Source: the human T2T-CHM13v2.0 reference genome, Homo sapiens. Taken from it: a DNA stretch of 64,000 bases. Each line of letters begins with the position of its first letter. Position 1 is the stretch's first letter. The notes under the pieces are model-generated. The model saw only the letters and a list, made by a program, of their open reading frames with translations. It was not told where the DNA came from and ran no database searches. The stretch lies in the NCBI RefSeq assembly GCF_009914755.1, contig NC_060939.1; one strand, 5' to 3'. The position numbers and the translations under genes are program-made. Below, piece after piece: positions 41,544 to 59,736 of this stretch.

Positions 41544-42530
41544 CACTTTTTTAAAATATACAATTCAGTGGTTTTCAGAATATTCACAGAATTGTGCAAC
41601 CATCACCACAATCTAATCCTGGAACACTTTTCATCACCCCAAAATGAAACATGACCCATTAGCAATCACTTCCCATTCTCCTAGCCCCCAGTCCCTCAAA
41701 ACCACAAATCTACTTTCTGTCTCTATGAATTTGCTTTTTCTCGACATTTCATATAAATAAAATCATATAATATATGACCTGTTATATCCAAATTTTTTTA
41801 CTTAGCATAATGTTTTCAAGGTTATTCATGTTGTAGCATATACTATATATAAGTAATATTTCATTGTATGGCTATATGTGTAGTACTTTCTGATAACACT
41901 CTGGCACCAAATGTGTTTTTTTTCACTGACACCAAATACCTGCTGTTTTTCCACACCAACAACCAATTCTCCAGCATGACTCTGTGTCCTACAATTCAAT
42001 TCAGTTCTAACACTAACTATCCAGAGTTAGCACAGACCCCACAGGTTAAGGGCTCAGTCCCACAAGAGTGCTCCCACTTCAGGTGTCAGCCATAAATGGG
42101 GTTCCAAGGCTACTAACACTTCTGTCCGTCTGACTCCAAATTCGTGACCCCACCCCCACCCCGACCCTCAGGTTCAGTAATTCTCTAGAATAACTCACAG
42201 AACTCAGGAAAGTGCTTTACTTACAATTATTGGTGTATTATAAAGGATACAAATGAATAGCCAAATGGAAGAGATGCGTAGGGCAAGGGATGTGGGGTGG
42301 GGCACAGAGCTTCCATGCCCTCCTTGGACACACCACCCTCCAGAAGCTCGTTGTTCAAGAGTTTTTATAACTCAATCTCCAGCTCCCCTGCTCTTCCTGG
42401 AGATAGGGAAGGGGGTTAGGGGAGGGCATTGAAAGTTCCCATCCTCTAATCACATGTTGGGTCTTTCTGATGACCAGCATCCTGAAGCTATCAAGGGGCT
42501 CCACCATGAGTCACCCCATTAACAAAACTA

Positions 42531-43001
<471 letters not shown>

Positions 43002-43657
43002 CCTCAGGTGTAGTCAAAGGGGCTTGAAATGAATAACTAGATGCTCCTATCACTCAGGAAACTCCCAGAGTTTCAGGAGCTCTGGGCCAGGAACTGCAGA
43101 CAAAGATCAAATACATTTTTTATTATACCACAATGTACCACATTTTGTTTATCCACTCATCAGTTGGTGGACATTTAGGTTGTTTCTACTTTAGGGCTAT
43201 TACGAATAATGCTGCTATGAATATACATGTACAGGTTTTTGTGTGAACACATGTTCTTAATTCTCTTGGGTGTATACCTAGGCGTGGAATTGCTGGGTCG
43301 TGGGTTTCACCATGTGATGAACCGCCAAGCTTTTTTTTCAAAGAGGCTGTACCTTCTATATTCCCACCAGCAATGTGTGATGCTTTCAATTTCTCCACAT
43401 CCTTGCTAACACTTGTTATTGTCTGTCTTTCTTACTTTAACCATCCTAGTGGCTATGAAGTGGTATCTCATTGTGGTTGGTATTAACATTTTTAAAGGAT
43501 TGTAAAAACAAACAAACACACAAAAAAATATAGCACAGAGACTGTATGCCATACATGGTCTGCAAAACCTCAAATATTTACTACGTGGACCCTTACAGAA
43601 AATGTTTGAAATATTCTTAATTACCCATTGAATTAAAAGGCAAAATACAAATAATAA

Positions 43658-44095
<438 letters not shown>

Positions 44096-44720
44096 TAATT
44101 GCTAATGTAAAGAATCAGCATTATACTTCAGGGACAGGACATCTAGATCTAGCAGATACAAATTTAAAAGTAGTATGAATTGTTTACTTTTGCAAAATGT
44201 TCCTCAGTTACCATATACAGCTATTGCAAATTTTTTGCTAATTCACTAGTGTGCCCAGAACTCTGAACTAGAATATGAAGAGAAGCAAGGAAATGGTCTC
44301 TTGGCACTACTGAGGCAGACATTTATCATGCAAGAATGTACTGCATTCACATCACACTCTCTAAGAGGAATGATTTGACAAGTTAATTAATTTGTCTTTC
44401 TCTGCTTAAGTGCTTCTGCTGCTAAAATCCACAGGCTCCCAGAAGTGGACCCATCTCTAACCTCAAAAACTGCCCAGCTCTGATGCTTACTCAGTATTTG
44501 GAGGCAGGCACCTCTTACTCAGAGGCTGGTGGGGCATTGGGGGAACAAGAGCATTTCCCAGAGGCCTGAATGGTGTGAGTCACAAGAGTAGATGTTAGGC
44601 TATGGGTCATTTGTGCTAGGGCTGTATGCTTAATCCAGGGTGATAGAGGTACCCACATATTCTTTAATACTTATGTATTTATTTATTTATTTGTTGGTGT
44701 TAGAAATATGTAAGAACCTT

Positions 44721-44842
44721 GGCCAGGTGTGATGGCGCACCCCTATAGTCCCAGCTACTCAGCAGGCTAAGGTGGGAGAATTGCTTGAGCTTCAGGAGTT
44801 CGAGACCAGCCTGGGTGACATAGCAAAACCCTGTCTCTAAAA
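44721..44842 (+). mobile_element. Alu monomer (FLAM-like)
   Basis: Single arm ending CCCTGTCTCTAAAA. Confidence 0.8.
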
Positions 44843-44990
44843 TATATTTATATTATTTATTTATATATATAAATGTATATAAATATATATATTATATATT
44901 ATATAAATATATTTTATAATATATAATATATATATATTTTATATTATATATATAATATATATAAAATATAAAATATACATATATATATAT
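44843..44990. repeat. AT-rich degenerate (TA)n tract
   Basis: ~150 nt of almost pure A/T following an Alu monomer. Confidence 0.9.
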
Positions 44991-45107
44991 GAACCTCTAA
45001 AGAATGGGGTCTGGCCCAGGTCTAAGAGTAATACTGTATTACTGTGTTGGTAAGATGTTGAGGGATTACTCTTTATTTTGTTAGATGTGATAATAGTGTT
45101 ATGGTAA

Positions 45108-45403
45108 TTTTATTTTATTTCGAGACAGAGTTTTGCTCTTGTTTCCCAGGCTAGAGTGCAATGGCACGATCTCGGTTCACCACAACCTCTGCCTCCCGGG
45201 TTCAAGTGATTCTCCTGCCTCAGCCTCCTGAGTAGCTGGGATTACAGGCATGCACCACCATGCCCAGCTAATTTTGTATTTTTAGTAGAGATGGGGTTTC
45301 TCCACGTTGGTCAAGCTGATCTCGCACTCCCGACCTCAGGTCATCCGTCCGCCTTGACCTCCCAAAGTGTTGGGATTACAGGCGTGAGCCACCGCGCCCG
45401 GCC
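45108..45403 (-). mobile_element. Alu (AluSp-like)
   Basis: Antisense dimer; GGTAATT on both sides. Confidence 0.93.
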
Positions 45404-45819
45404 CGGTAATTGGAAAAAGTCATCTGTTAACACTGAAGTATTTATGAATGAAATAAAATGACATCTGGGATTGGCTTTACAATACTGCAGACAAAAAAGG
45501 AAAACATCAGGAAGATTTATGAAATAAGATTGGCAAGTATTAATATTAATAACTCGTGAAACTGGGAGATGATCTATCACCCAGTTCATTTTACCATTTT
45601 CTTGACTTTTTGTATGTTTAAAATTTTTCATACTACAAAGTTAAAAATAATGAAATGAAAAAAGACAGAGGACTGTGGGGGAAGGGGAGGTACAGTGAGC
45701 GAATGAGGGAGAGAATCCTGCTTCCTGGGACGGCGGCCACATTCTTCTCTCTGACAGTGAAGGAAGAAGGAAGGACGCCCAGGAAGCAGGCTGCAGCCCA
45801 CATGTAAGAACCTTTACTA

Positions 45820-46274
<455 letters not shown>

Positions 46275-46349
46275 GTTTATGTATGTACCTATCACTCACC
46301 TTGTCAAATCTTAGCATTTTGCCACCTTTGCTTCCAACCTTTAAAAACA

Positions 46350-46890
46350 AATTTTTTAATTTTAATTTTTGTGAGTACATGGTAGGTGTATATATTTATG
46401 GGATGCATGAAATGTTTTGATATAGGCATGCAATGTGTATTAATTGCATCATGTAGAATGGGATATCTATTATATCAAGCATTTATCCTTTGTGTCACAA
46501 TCCAATCATACTCTTTCAGTTATTTTTAAGTGTACAATTAAATTGTTATTCACTACAGTTACTCTATTGTGCTATCAAATACTAGGTCTTGCTCATTTTT
46601 TCTGCTTTTTGGTACCCATTAAGCAACCCCACTTTCCCCCAACCTTCCCTATCCTTCCCAGCCTCTGGCCACCATTCTTCTACTCTCTATCTCCATCAGT
46701 TCAATTGTTTTGATTTTTAGATCCCACAAATAAGTGAAAACATGTGATGTGTCTTTCTGTGTCTGGCTTATTTCACTTAACATAATGACCTCCAGTTCCA
46801 TCCATCTTGTTGTAAATAACAGAATCTCATTCTTTTTTATGGCTGAATAGTACTCCATTGTGCGAAGTACCACATTTTCTTTATCCATTC
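46350..46890 (-). mobile_element. L1 3' end (L1MA-like)
   Basis: ORF 46649..46888 TMEYYSAIKKNEI...WMELEVIMLSEISQ is the L1 ORF2 C-terminus. Confidence 0.92.
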
Positions 46891-47679
46891 AGCTTCTGAC
46901 CCTTTTATTTATAAATTGAAATAAAATATTACAGATAGAGTTGAAGCCCTTGTAAACCAGTCTGCAATTCTCTTCTCTTTGCCCTCAGAGATAACAACTA
47001 GCTTGAATTTGGTGTTCATCATTCCTACCCAAACTACATGTATAGGTATCTATCAATAATATATAGCATTGTGTTGCCTATTTTTAAACTTTATATAAAT
47101 TGTATCATACTTAAGTGCCCCATAATTTTATTTTTTCACTCACATTTTTTGAATATTTATCTGTGTTGATCCTAATTATATCACAATTGATTTATTCATT
47201 CATTCTCTTATTGATGGACATTCAGGTTGATTACAATATTTTTCTATTGTAAACTATACTGACATGAAAATTTTGTACATGTTTTCTCATGTATAAGTAT
47301 GACAGTTCCTATTTAGCTGGTAGTAATTAATTGTTGATTTCTAGTGTATATAATCTTATATTTAGTAGCTCCTCCCCAAATTGGTTGTATGAGAGTCCAT
47401 GTGGCACCACAGTTATTAATTTTTGCCAGTCTGTTGAGTGTGAAATGGTATATCATATTCTCTTAATTTTGCATATCTGACTGCTTATGCAGCTGTGCAG
47501 TTTTTCTCCCTTACTGGCCACTTAGATTTTCCTTTTCTGTGAATTCCTTGTTTGACCATATTTTCTCCTTTGCATTGTTAGTTTTTTCCTCAATGCTTCA
47601 TAGTTCTTTATATATTCTACATACTGACCCTTTGTAGGTTTAATGCAGTGCATAGATCATCTCCCAATCAATAACTTGA

Positions 47680-48001
<322 letters not shown>

Positions 48002-48964
48002 TATACAAACTTTTTATTTTTAATGTAGTTGAATTTATTTTCCATTGTTGTTGATGTTTTTTTTTCTTAATTTAAGACATCCTTTCCTACTCCAAGGTCA
48101 TATGAATATGCTCTTATATTTTCCTCTAAAAGGTTTTAAGTTTTGCTTTTTCATAATTAGGTCTTCAATCTGTCCAGAATTTATTTTGTGTGTGGCATGA
48201 GCTACAGATCTAACTTTTTATGTGTGAATAACCAATGTTTTCAACATTTCTTACTTCTGACTCAAAATTCTACCTCTATCATGTATCAGACATCCATATA
48301 GACTTAGACATGTTTGTGGCCTCTCTACCCATTAGGTTTTTCTATTTGTCAATGTTTATTCCAATATCACACTCCCTTAGCTACCATAGCTTTATATGAG
48401 ATTTTAATATCTGGCTGGGAAGTCTCTCCTCCTATCATCTTCAAAATTGTGTTGGCTGTTTTTAATTCTTCACTGTTCCATATGAACGTTAGGATCAAAT
48501 TTTTCATTTCCACAAAAACCCTATTGCCCAAAACTATACTGATTTCATATATTAATTTGGAGATAACTGCCATAGTTACAATTTTGGGTTTCATCACATA
48601 TGAAACTAAGAGATATATAAAATCCACACTTACTTAGATCTGTTTTAAAATCTTCTAATAGTGTTGTATAATTTTCTCCATTAAATTTTCTCCTGGGATA
48701 TGTTGGTTGGGTTTATTCTTAGTGAACTTAAGCTTTGTTTTGTTTTGCTATTTTGACAGTATTTTAAATTATATTTTACAAGTATTTCTTGTTGCCATAT
48801 ATGAATGCAATTAATGTTTTCACCTTCTCCTACTCTTTGTTTTAATAATTTTACTATAGATTATTTTGGATTTTTCTATGCATTGTTGTACAAATAATGA
48901 TGGTTTACTTTATTTCCAATACATTTTTTGACATCTTTGTACTAATTGATTTATGCTTTAATAG

Positions 48965-49281
<317 letters not shown>

Positions 49282-51874
49282 TGTTTTTGTTTGTTTGTTT
49301 GTTTGTTTACCAGTATCTTTTTTTTTCCTAGCATGGCTAGGCTCTCCCTTAGCTTATTGAAAAGAAGCGCCATTGTCTTATTCTGGCCTTTAAAGGGAAT
49401 AGGAAGATGCTAATAGTATTTTATTTTTATTTTTTTTTATGAATGGATATTGAATCAACTGCATTTTCTGCATCTCTGAAGGTCTCCTTTAGTGTGTTGA
49501 TGTTTCTGAGTTTTGGCATCAGCTTGTAGGGCAGGCTGGATTTATCTAGAGAGGCTGTCGCAGAGTGGCCACCGCTACTGGTAGAACCGGGTGCATTTGC
49601 TCTATGTCCTGCTGAGTCAGAATCCCTGGTGATGGCAATCAGGCCCCAGTAAGGCAGTGTCCTTAGGCTTTGCAGCTGCTTCTCCAGTGAGCCATTTTCC
49701 CTCTCACTCAGAAAAATGGGAGAATTTCTTTGAGGAACATTCACACAAGCAGAAGACTCTCATCTGGGAGTCTTCCTGCAAGTGGAGGATGCTACTATGT
49801 CATGGGAGCATCTACCTCTGAGACATTAGGGAAACTTGAGTTGGAGGAAAGCTAGAATGGCACAAGAGTGGTGTCGAAAGATAGGATGACTGTGATGGGT
49901 AAATCAGTAGCCCACCAAGAACAGCAGTGCATGAGAGGTAGGGAGGACTGGCAATGGACAGCAAAAGATGCAAGAACAGTATTAACCACATAGGGCTAAG
50001 GACCAGGCCCCAGGGATCTAAGTATGACTCAGTAGTGGGGGAAAAGGAACATAGCACTGGCATGGAAGGTCAGGGCTGCTTTAGATGTTAAAGGGCCAGG
50101 GTTCTCAGAGCTGATCTATTTTGGCCTACAAAGATAATGTGAAATTCCTACAACTGAGGGATCATGGCTGTCATTCATACCTCTATATGGGCACAAATTT
50201 TTATGTCCTTTCTTCACCTAGAACCCAGCTTAATACACAAAAAGTATTGTACCTTTCCAATATTTGTTAAATGAGTATTTGTTGACTGTCGAACCCACAC
50301 ACAAAACAATTAGCACAGGGCCTGTCACACAGTGATGTGGAAACCATAATGCTGGCTCTGAGTGTTGGTTGGAGAGATGCTGGGTGAATAGAGGCCTTCA
50401 TGGACTTACAACCCAAGTCTCAGACAGACAGTGTCTCCCTGACCAAGCCTGGAATGAGAGAGCAGAATGACAGTACCTCTAGCCTCCCTCCTCTTCACTG
50501 GCCCCCTCTCTAAAGTGCAGTGGAGCCAGACAGAAGAAAAATGACCCAAGCATGTCAACTCACAGAGGCTGCTCCCCTTGGTATGTCTTCCTCAGCTCAT
50601 CGTTGTCTGTCTACTTCACTAAGAGAATGGGACACATATGAGCATGTGGTCTGCTTTACTCCTTCCCCAGGAGCTGTCTGCATGCCTGTCAGAATTTATA
50701 TTTGCAAAACCATCAGTGATCAGAAAATACTATGGTTGATTCTCTGTCCTTGCTGCCTCCAACAGAACCACAGGAAAGGTACAGGTTCCATCTTTTCCTC
50801 CCTCCCCTTCTATTATCCATCTCCTCTCCTCTCCATGTCCCTACTGCAAAAATTGGCCTCTCAATCTCCATTCTACCTTCTCTTAGTTAGAGGCATTGAA
50901 AAGCTACACACTAGGTTTCTGGATTCAAAGCAGCTTTTACCAAATAAACAGTCAGGTGGCATTTGGAAGTAAGAAGTGAGAAGAAGACCATCTTCCTGCT
51001 GTTGCTGATAAACAAAGTAAAGAGTACGAAGGCTGTGGCAGCATCTGGACTCAGAGTTCCAATGTCTAGTGTCTTGCTTTGTGGGATGAGGGTCAGCTGT
51101 GGTGTTCACAGAGGTAGTAGCAGTAGTGGGTTCCTAACAGTTTCAGTGGTATAATTATGTATTTGATAGCCTGGTTGCAGAACCTTGACTTCCACATCAC
51201 AAATTTCTTCCAAAAATTTTTTGTATTACATCCCTTTCCGCATAAAATAATTAGAGTGATTTCTGCTTACTTCAGTAAACTGATTGATGCATCTATCCTC
51301 TGCTGGGTCACCTAAATAGATAACAGTTTGCCCAGGAGGGAATTCAGTTTCGGTTCAGGTCAACCCAGTTAGTACTGACCTCCACTATATGCCTAGTTCA
51401 TTTTCTAGGCTTTTGCCTTCAGGAAGTTCCTAGTCTGTCTGGGTAAATGGACTCACACAAAAGGGTCTGTAATCATAGATACTATTTATTGAACAATCAC
51501 CAAGCACCAAGGTACTATTGGGACTTTACATTTGCTGTCTTTCTCATCATAACCCTGTACGTATGTGTATCAAGAATGCTTTTGGTCATAAGCATTAGAA
51601 AATCCTATCACATACTTAAACAAGTAAGGGGTTTATTTTTCTCACATAAACAGATGTTCAGGCTAGGAAATTCAGAACTGTATGGCTTGCCGAAGCCATT
51701 ATGAAGAACTGGGCTTCTTTTATCTACCTGCCTTACCATCGTTAGTGTGTTTTTACTTCTACAATAGAATAGAATAGAACAGACTAGAATAGAATAGATG
51801 CTGTACCTCCAGACATGTCATCCAAGTTCAAGGCAGAAAGGAAGATGATTGAGGAAGGCAAAAAGCAAATAGCA

Positions 51875-52192
51875 GGCTGGGCATGGTGGCTCATACCTGT
51901 AATCTCAGCACTTTGGGAGGCTGAGGCAGGTGGATTGCTTGAGGCCAAAAGTTCAAGACCAGCCTGGCCAACATGGTGAAACCCCATCTCTACTAAAAAT
52001 ACAAAAATTAACCTTGCATGGTGGCACATGTCTGTAGTTCCAGCTACTTGAGAGTGGGAGGCTGAGTGAGGCACAAAAATTGCTTGAACCCAGGAGGCAG
52101 AGGTTGCCATGAGCCAAGATCGCACCACTGCACTCCAGCCTGGGTGACAGAGTGAGACCCTGCCTCAAAAAAAAAAAAAAAAAAAAAAAAAA
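51875..52192 (+). mobile_element. Alu inside an old MaLR-like LTR
   Basis: TSD AAAAAGCAAATAGCA. Confidence 0.95.
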
Positions 52193-53139
52193 GCAAATAG
52201 CAACATTCAGTAACCTCTTCCTTGTCAGACATTGACTTTTTATTCTGGAATGGAAGGCCTCCCTGGGGTCTTCTGTCTGCATCTGATTAGTTAGAGCTGT
52301 GTGGTATCATGGCCACCTTTTTCTACAACAGAGAGTGGAGATGTGAGCATGTCACTTGCCAGCCTTTTTTAAAGTAAGACAGTAGACAATATGGTTGAAA
52401 TAGAGGCTAAATCATCTAATCTACAGAATCTGCCAAGGCAAGTGTTATCTCAGTTTTACAGATGAGGAATCTAAGGTTGAGAGAAGTCACACGATGTGCC
52501 TGAATTAGCTAAGGGAATGTGGACCACAGATAATACGGTCGTCTGTCCTGTGGAGCATCTATGCACTGCACTGAGGTGAAGGGGTGCTTTTCCTCAGTGT
52601 CCATCAGAGTCTCCTTGGCCTCAATGCCTGCTACAGATGTCCCCTGATCTTGGACGAGGAGTGTAGACTTGGGGAAGTATAGAGTTTTTGACACCATTAA
52701 ACCTAGAGATTGAGAAACCTACCTTAACATGTTAGGAGCATTTCTAGAGCTGAAGCACTACCATGGGGATGTACAGGCTACTGTGAGAAGACAGGACTCA
52801 AGGGAAGTTTCCACAGCAAGAACCACCAACTCATGAAGGCCACTTGCCAGCAATTTGTGTGGCACCAGCAGGGAACATCAGGGCTAACAGGGAGCTGTGT
52901 TCACTGTTAGGTTGTTATAGAGGTGAGTAGTAACATTTGAGATAGCTTAAAAAAGAAATGGTGAACAGGCTTAGGAAGGTAAAGGTAGAGGTCTCTGTCC
53001 CCTTGAATTGGTGTAGGCTTGAAGAGAAAGTGGAATTGTGGACAGGGAGATCTGGGTGAATGGTGGCACCAGAGAGAAGCACTGAGAAGGTCCTGAGGGC
53101 AGTGGCTGCTGTGGATGGTCTAATTTCAAGATCTCAATA

Positions 53140-54650
53140 AAGGTAACTATAAAATTGGAGAGATTTAAAGAAGGCCAAAAAAAAAAAAAAAATGAGGTAC
53201 CATGTTCATGGATCAGAAGCCAATATTGTAAATATGTAAAATGTCTCTAAATTGATCAATAGACTCAATACAGTCTCAATTAAAATCACAAGATTCTTCT
53301 AGGAAACAAATGAGCAGATTCTAAAATTTATATGGAAATGTAAAAGGTAAAGCTTATCCAAGGTAGAAGAAGAGGTAAGAGGACTTGTTCTAGCAGATAT
53401 CAGGATTTACTATGAAGTAGAGTAACTAAGTCAGTGTGGTATTGGTACAAAGATAAAAAATTAAACCATTGAACTGATGGAATAGAATAGAGGATCTAGA
53501 AATAAATTGCGCATAGACAGACAGTCGATATATGACAAAAAAACAACGCTGTACACTGGGAAAAGATTGTCTTTCTAATAAGAGGTTATCAATGTGGAAA
53601 AAAATGACTCTTATTCCATACCATCAACAAAAATCAAATTTCAGATGGATCGGAAAATTCTCAATAGATTGGAGTCCTAAAAATTAAAGACAGAATAGTA
53701 AGAAATGTATAAGAGAAGATAGGGGAATATTTTCATGACCTTAGGATAGGTAAAGATTTCATAAGATGCACAACAGTACCAACCGTAAAAAAGAAGATTG
53801 TTCTACATTAAGACCTTTGTTTTTAGTTAAGAGCTTTGTTCAAAAGATACCAGTAAGAGAGTAAAAAGATAAGCCATGGAATGAGGCAAGATGTGTTCCA
53901 CACATATAACCGACAAGAAAGAGCACCTAGAAATCAATAAGAAAAAGACAACATAATTTAAATAATGGTTAAGTAATTGAACAGACACATCACAAAAAGG
54001 GAAGTCCAAATGGTGAATACATTTAAGGAAAGTGGTTCAATTTTATTAATTAAGGAAAAGTACAAGATTCTATTACATACCCATCAGATGGGTAAAGTTT
54101 TCCTTAAACATCTGGCAGCACTAGGCATTGGCTAGGGTGTAGTGCAAGGGGAACTCTCTTATACTGTTGATGGGAGTGTCAATTGGCATAACCATCTTGG
54201 AAAAATGGCATTTGTTACTAAAGTTTAAGATATGCATACTCATACCATAACCCAGAAATTCCTGTACAAGAATGTACATGGGCAAGAATGTTCATAGCAG
54301 TATTGTCCACAATAGCCTCAAACTAGAAACAATCCACATGTCCATCAACCATAGTTTATTTATTCATATAATAGATTATATGGCAACAAAAATGAACCCA
54401 GCTACGTGCAGCAACATAAACAAATCTCACAAACACAATTTTGAGCAAAGAAGTCATATACAAAAGAATAAACACTACATGATTCCATCTATATGATATT
54501 TAAGAAATCAGCAGCCAAACTACCTAGCCTAGACTTGCATACTTAGGTAGGATGTGACTACTATTATTTTCAGCATAGTGTATTCCTCTTGGGGAGGAAG
54601 AGGGCTGTGACTAGGAAGAGGCAACTGGGGGTGCTTCAGTGGTGCTAGAA
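53140..54650 (+). mobile_element. Old L1M (L1ME-like) ORF2/3' relic
   Basis: A-rich; CATGTTCATGGAT, ATTCTAAAATTTATATGGAAATG and CAAGAATGTTCATAGCAG signatures. Confidence 0.8.
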
Positions 54651-54663
54651 ATAATCTCTTTCT

Positions 54664-55033
<370 letters not shown>

Positions 55034-57389
55034 TTACCCAGGTGGTCAGTAAGAAGGATTAAACTCTACATTCATCTGGAACCATCAGTTTTATGTACTT
55101 TCCTGGGTATAATATTGCAGAATAAAAAGATGAAATATAATATATATTAGATCTGGAAATAAATTCAAGAGTCCCTCTGGTTTAGGTCCACTCCAACAAG
55201 CAGATCAGACGTCCTTTATCCCCATTTTCAGGTGAGGCAATTGAATTTGAGAGCTTTAAATGACTTGTCCGAAGCCATTCAATGGTAACGAATCGAAACC
55301 AGAAATAGAACCCAGGCCTCCTGCCTCCCAGGTTAAGACTCTTTCCGGTCTACTTTGCATTTCTCTCAACCCAAACAGCAGTAGTTAAGTTCACAAAGAG
55401 TTAAGCAACATCATTGAGGGAAGAATTTCCCAGGTGGCCTGGATCATCCTGGATCCTGGCCTCCTTTTCCCCAGGGTCCCAGCCCTACCTTGATGACCCA
55501 GGCAGTGTGAGGAGCTGGGACTGGAGGGTTAACCCTGAAGCCTCCAACAGCTGCCTGGGTGCATCTGAGGCTTTGCATTGCTCTTATTTCCCTGTTCTGC
55601 TCCACATTTCCTGGCTGGCCCTTCTGGACCTACAAGCCCTGGCTGATGTGACCAGCTCTTTGAGATTTGTATGTTTTATTGCCTCTCAGTCAAGAAGAGA
55701 ACTACCTAAAAGATATACAGTTTGAGCTCTGTGAGGGCAAGAACCATATGGGCACAGGCACTATACTCCAAGAGAGGTGGAGCTGAATAAAGGTCTGGTT
55801 CCTTATCCAAGGAAGTCGGTGACCAATCCATGGACTTTGTAAGTCATTGATGGTTGGGGAAGGGAGAGATCAATGTGGGCTAACTGGTCCAAGAGGTCAC
55901 ATTTGTAGTGAGTCTTCAGTGATAAATGGAAATTGATACATGAAAAAAGAATGGAGGATGTTCCAGCATGGGAAACTTCAGGCCAGTTTTGAGAAGGGTG
56001 ATCAAGTTGACCACAGCAAATCATTCATGTGGGAGTGTAAGGTTTGATCAGTTTGTTTCACTGCCCTTTCAGTTACAGCATTCTGCAGGGCTTGTCATCA
56101 AACTTGTGAAGCTATTTTGTGGCCCATGGCTCTTCCTCATCACAGTGGAGGCTCCTGCAGGGCAGGCCTATGCCTCCCCTATGGGGCTCAGCCAGAGCGC
56201 CATGCTCTGCAGCTTTGCCAAATCCCCTTCTGACCATCAGGCTATCAGCAGTGTTCCTCCCGTGACCATCTGGGTTCCAGGTGATGCTTCTCCCAGACGT
56301 TCTGGTTTGCATTTTTTACAGGTTGAAGTAAGTGCATTATTTCATTCTGGCTGTCCCACAGCCCCAACCCTTATGCAGTTGTCCCCCCTGGTCCCCCATA
56401 TTTTTAGCAACCAATGTAATTAATATGCTGTGTAATGTGTTTTCCTGGAACTATGATTATGCTCAAGGTATCTCAAACCTTTTTACAGTAATTACTGAGA
56501 AAAAGCTTGGAGAGTATTAACCATGCATGTGGAGTGAGCTGTAATCTGACCTTGGACACTTAGATATTAAAAATCTCTCTGACTGTGTCTGCCTTCATTT
56601 GCATTTCCAAATTTTCAGGTTAGAGGGCCTTTCAGTTGATTGAATAATGGGTTAATGGAATCCTCTTTCTAATTAAATCCAGATTGTCTCTTTGTGAAAT
56701 TGCACACTTGACAGTCTATCTGGATCATTCTAATTGCATTCTAAAGTTGCCATGGGGGCTGTCTTGAAGAAGCTACTGTCCTGTCTGAGGGTAGAAACTG
56801 CACACAGGAGAGTAGCAGGTCCAGGAACACTCAGAGGCTATCCAGTTCCACACAGTGCTGTAATATAAGATTTGGGAGAACAGGGACCCACTTTGCCTTG
56901 TTGACCATCATGTATGCTGTGCCTAGAGCAATTATGGCCACTGTTCTCAATGCTAGGCTCTTGATACTGGATAACTATTGCTTGAACACATGAATGAATG
57001 AATGATTTGCAGCTGTGTTGTCATACTGACAACCCAGTGGGGCGGGCTGAATGGCCACTTGGATGTAGTTTTAATCCCATGTTTTAAATTATGGGACTAG
57101 GATATATTGAACCCAGAGCATGAGAAGATTCTGAATACAGGAGAAGCTAGGCTTGAGCAATTCCCATATCTCCCCAATATATGCCCCCATAATGAGCCTT
57201 CTGCAGGGACTGGGTGGCCCATTTCTTTAACAAACTCTATGACTTGCTAATAGCCATCTAATTTCAAATTTCTATGACAGTTATGCCATATGATAAAAAC
57301 TTTAATATGAAATGTTCTTCTAATACCAATCCTAGCTAATCTAAAACATACTGCTTCCTCTAGCCATGGATTTCTATGCTTAATTCTAA

Positions 57390-57700
<311 letters not shown>

Positions 57701-57834
57701 AATTCTAATCTTTTAAAAACTCAATATTAATCCTTGATTGCAGAGAAAGTAGTGGGGAAAGTATTCTGGGTCTGCCTATTACAAACAGTAATATAACCAG
57801 CTTTTTTTTTTTTTTTTTTTTTAAATGCGTGGTT

Positions 57835-58152
<318 letters not shown>

Positions 58153-58376
58153 GTGCATGGTTAAGCTTATAAGAAAGAAAAGTGAATCTTTCATTGGCCA
58201 CCAGGAAAATTAAAACCTAAACCACTATGAGATACCATGTTACACCCATTAGGATAGGTGTAATAATTTAAAAAAAAAACCATAAAATAACCAACCTTGG
58301 TGAGGGTGTGAAGAAATTGAAACCTTTCTACATGACTGGTAATAATGTAAAATTGTTTTTTAAAAAAAAAACTCCA

Positions 58377-58664
<288 letters not shown>

Positions 58665-58674
58665 TTTTTTTTAA

Positions 58675-59736
<1,062 letters not shown>
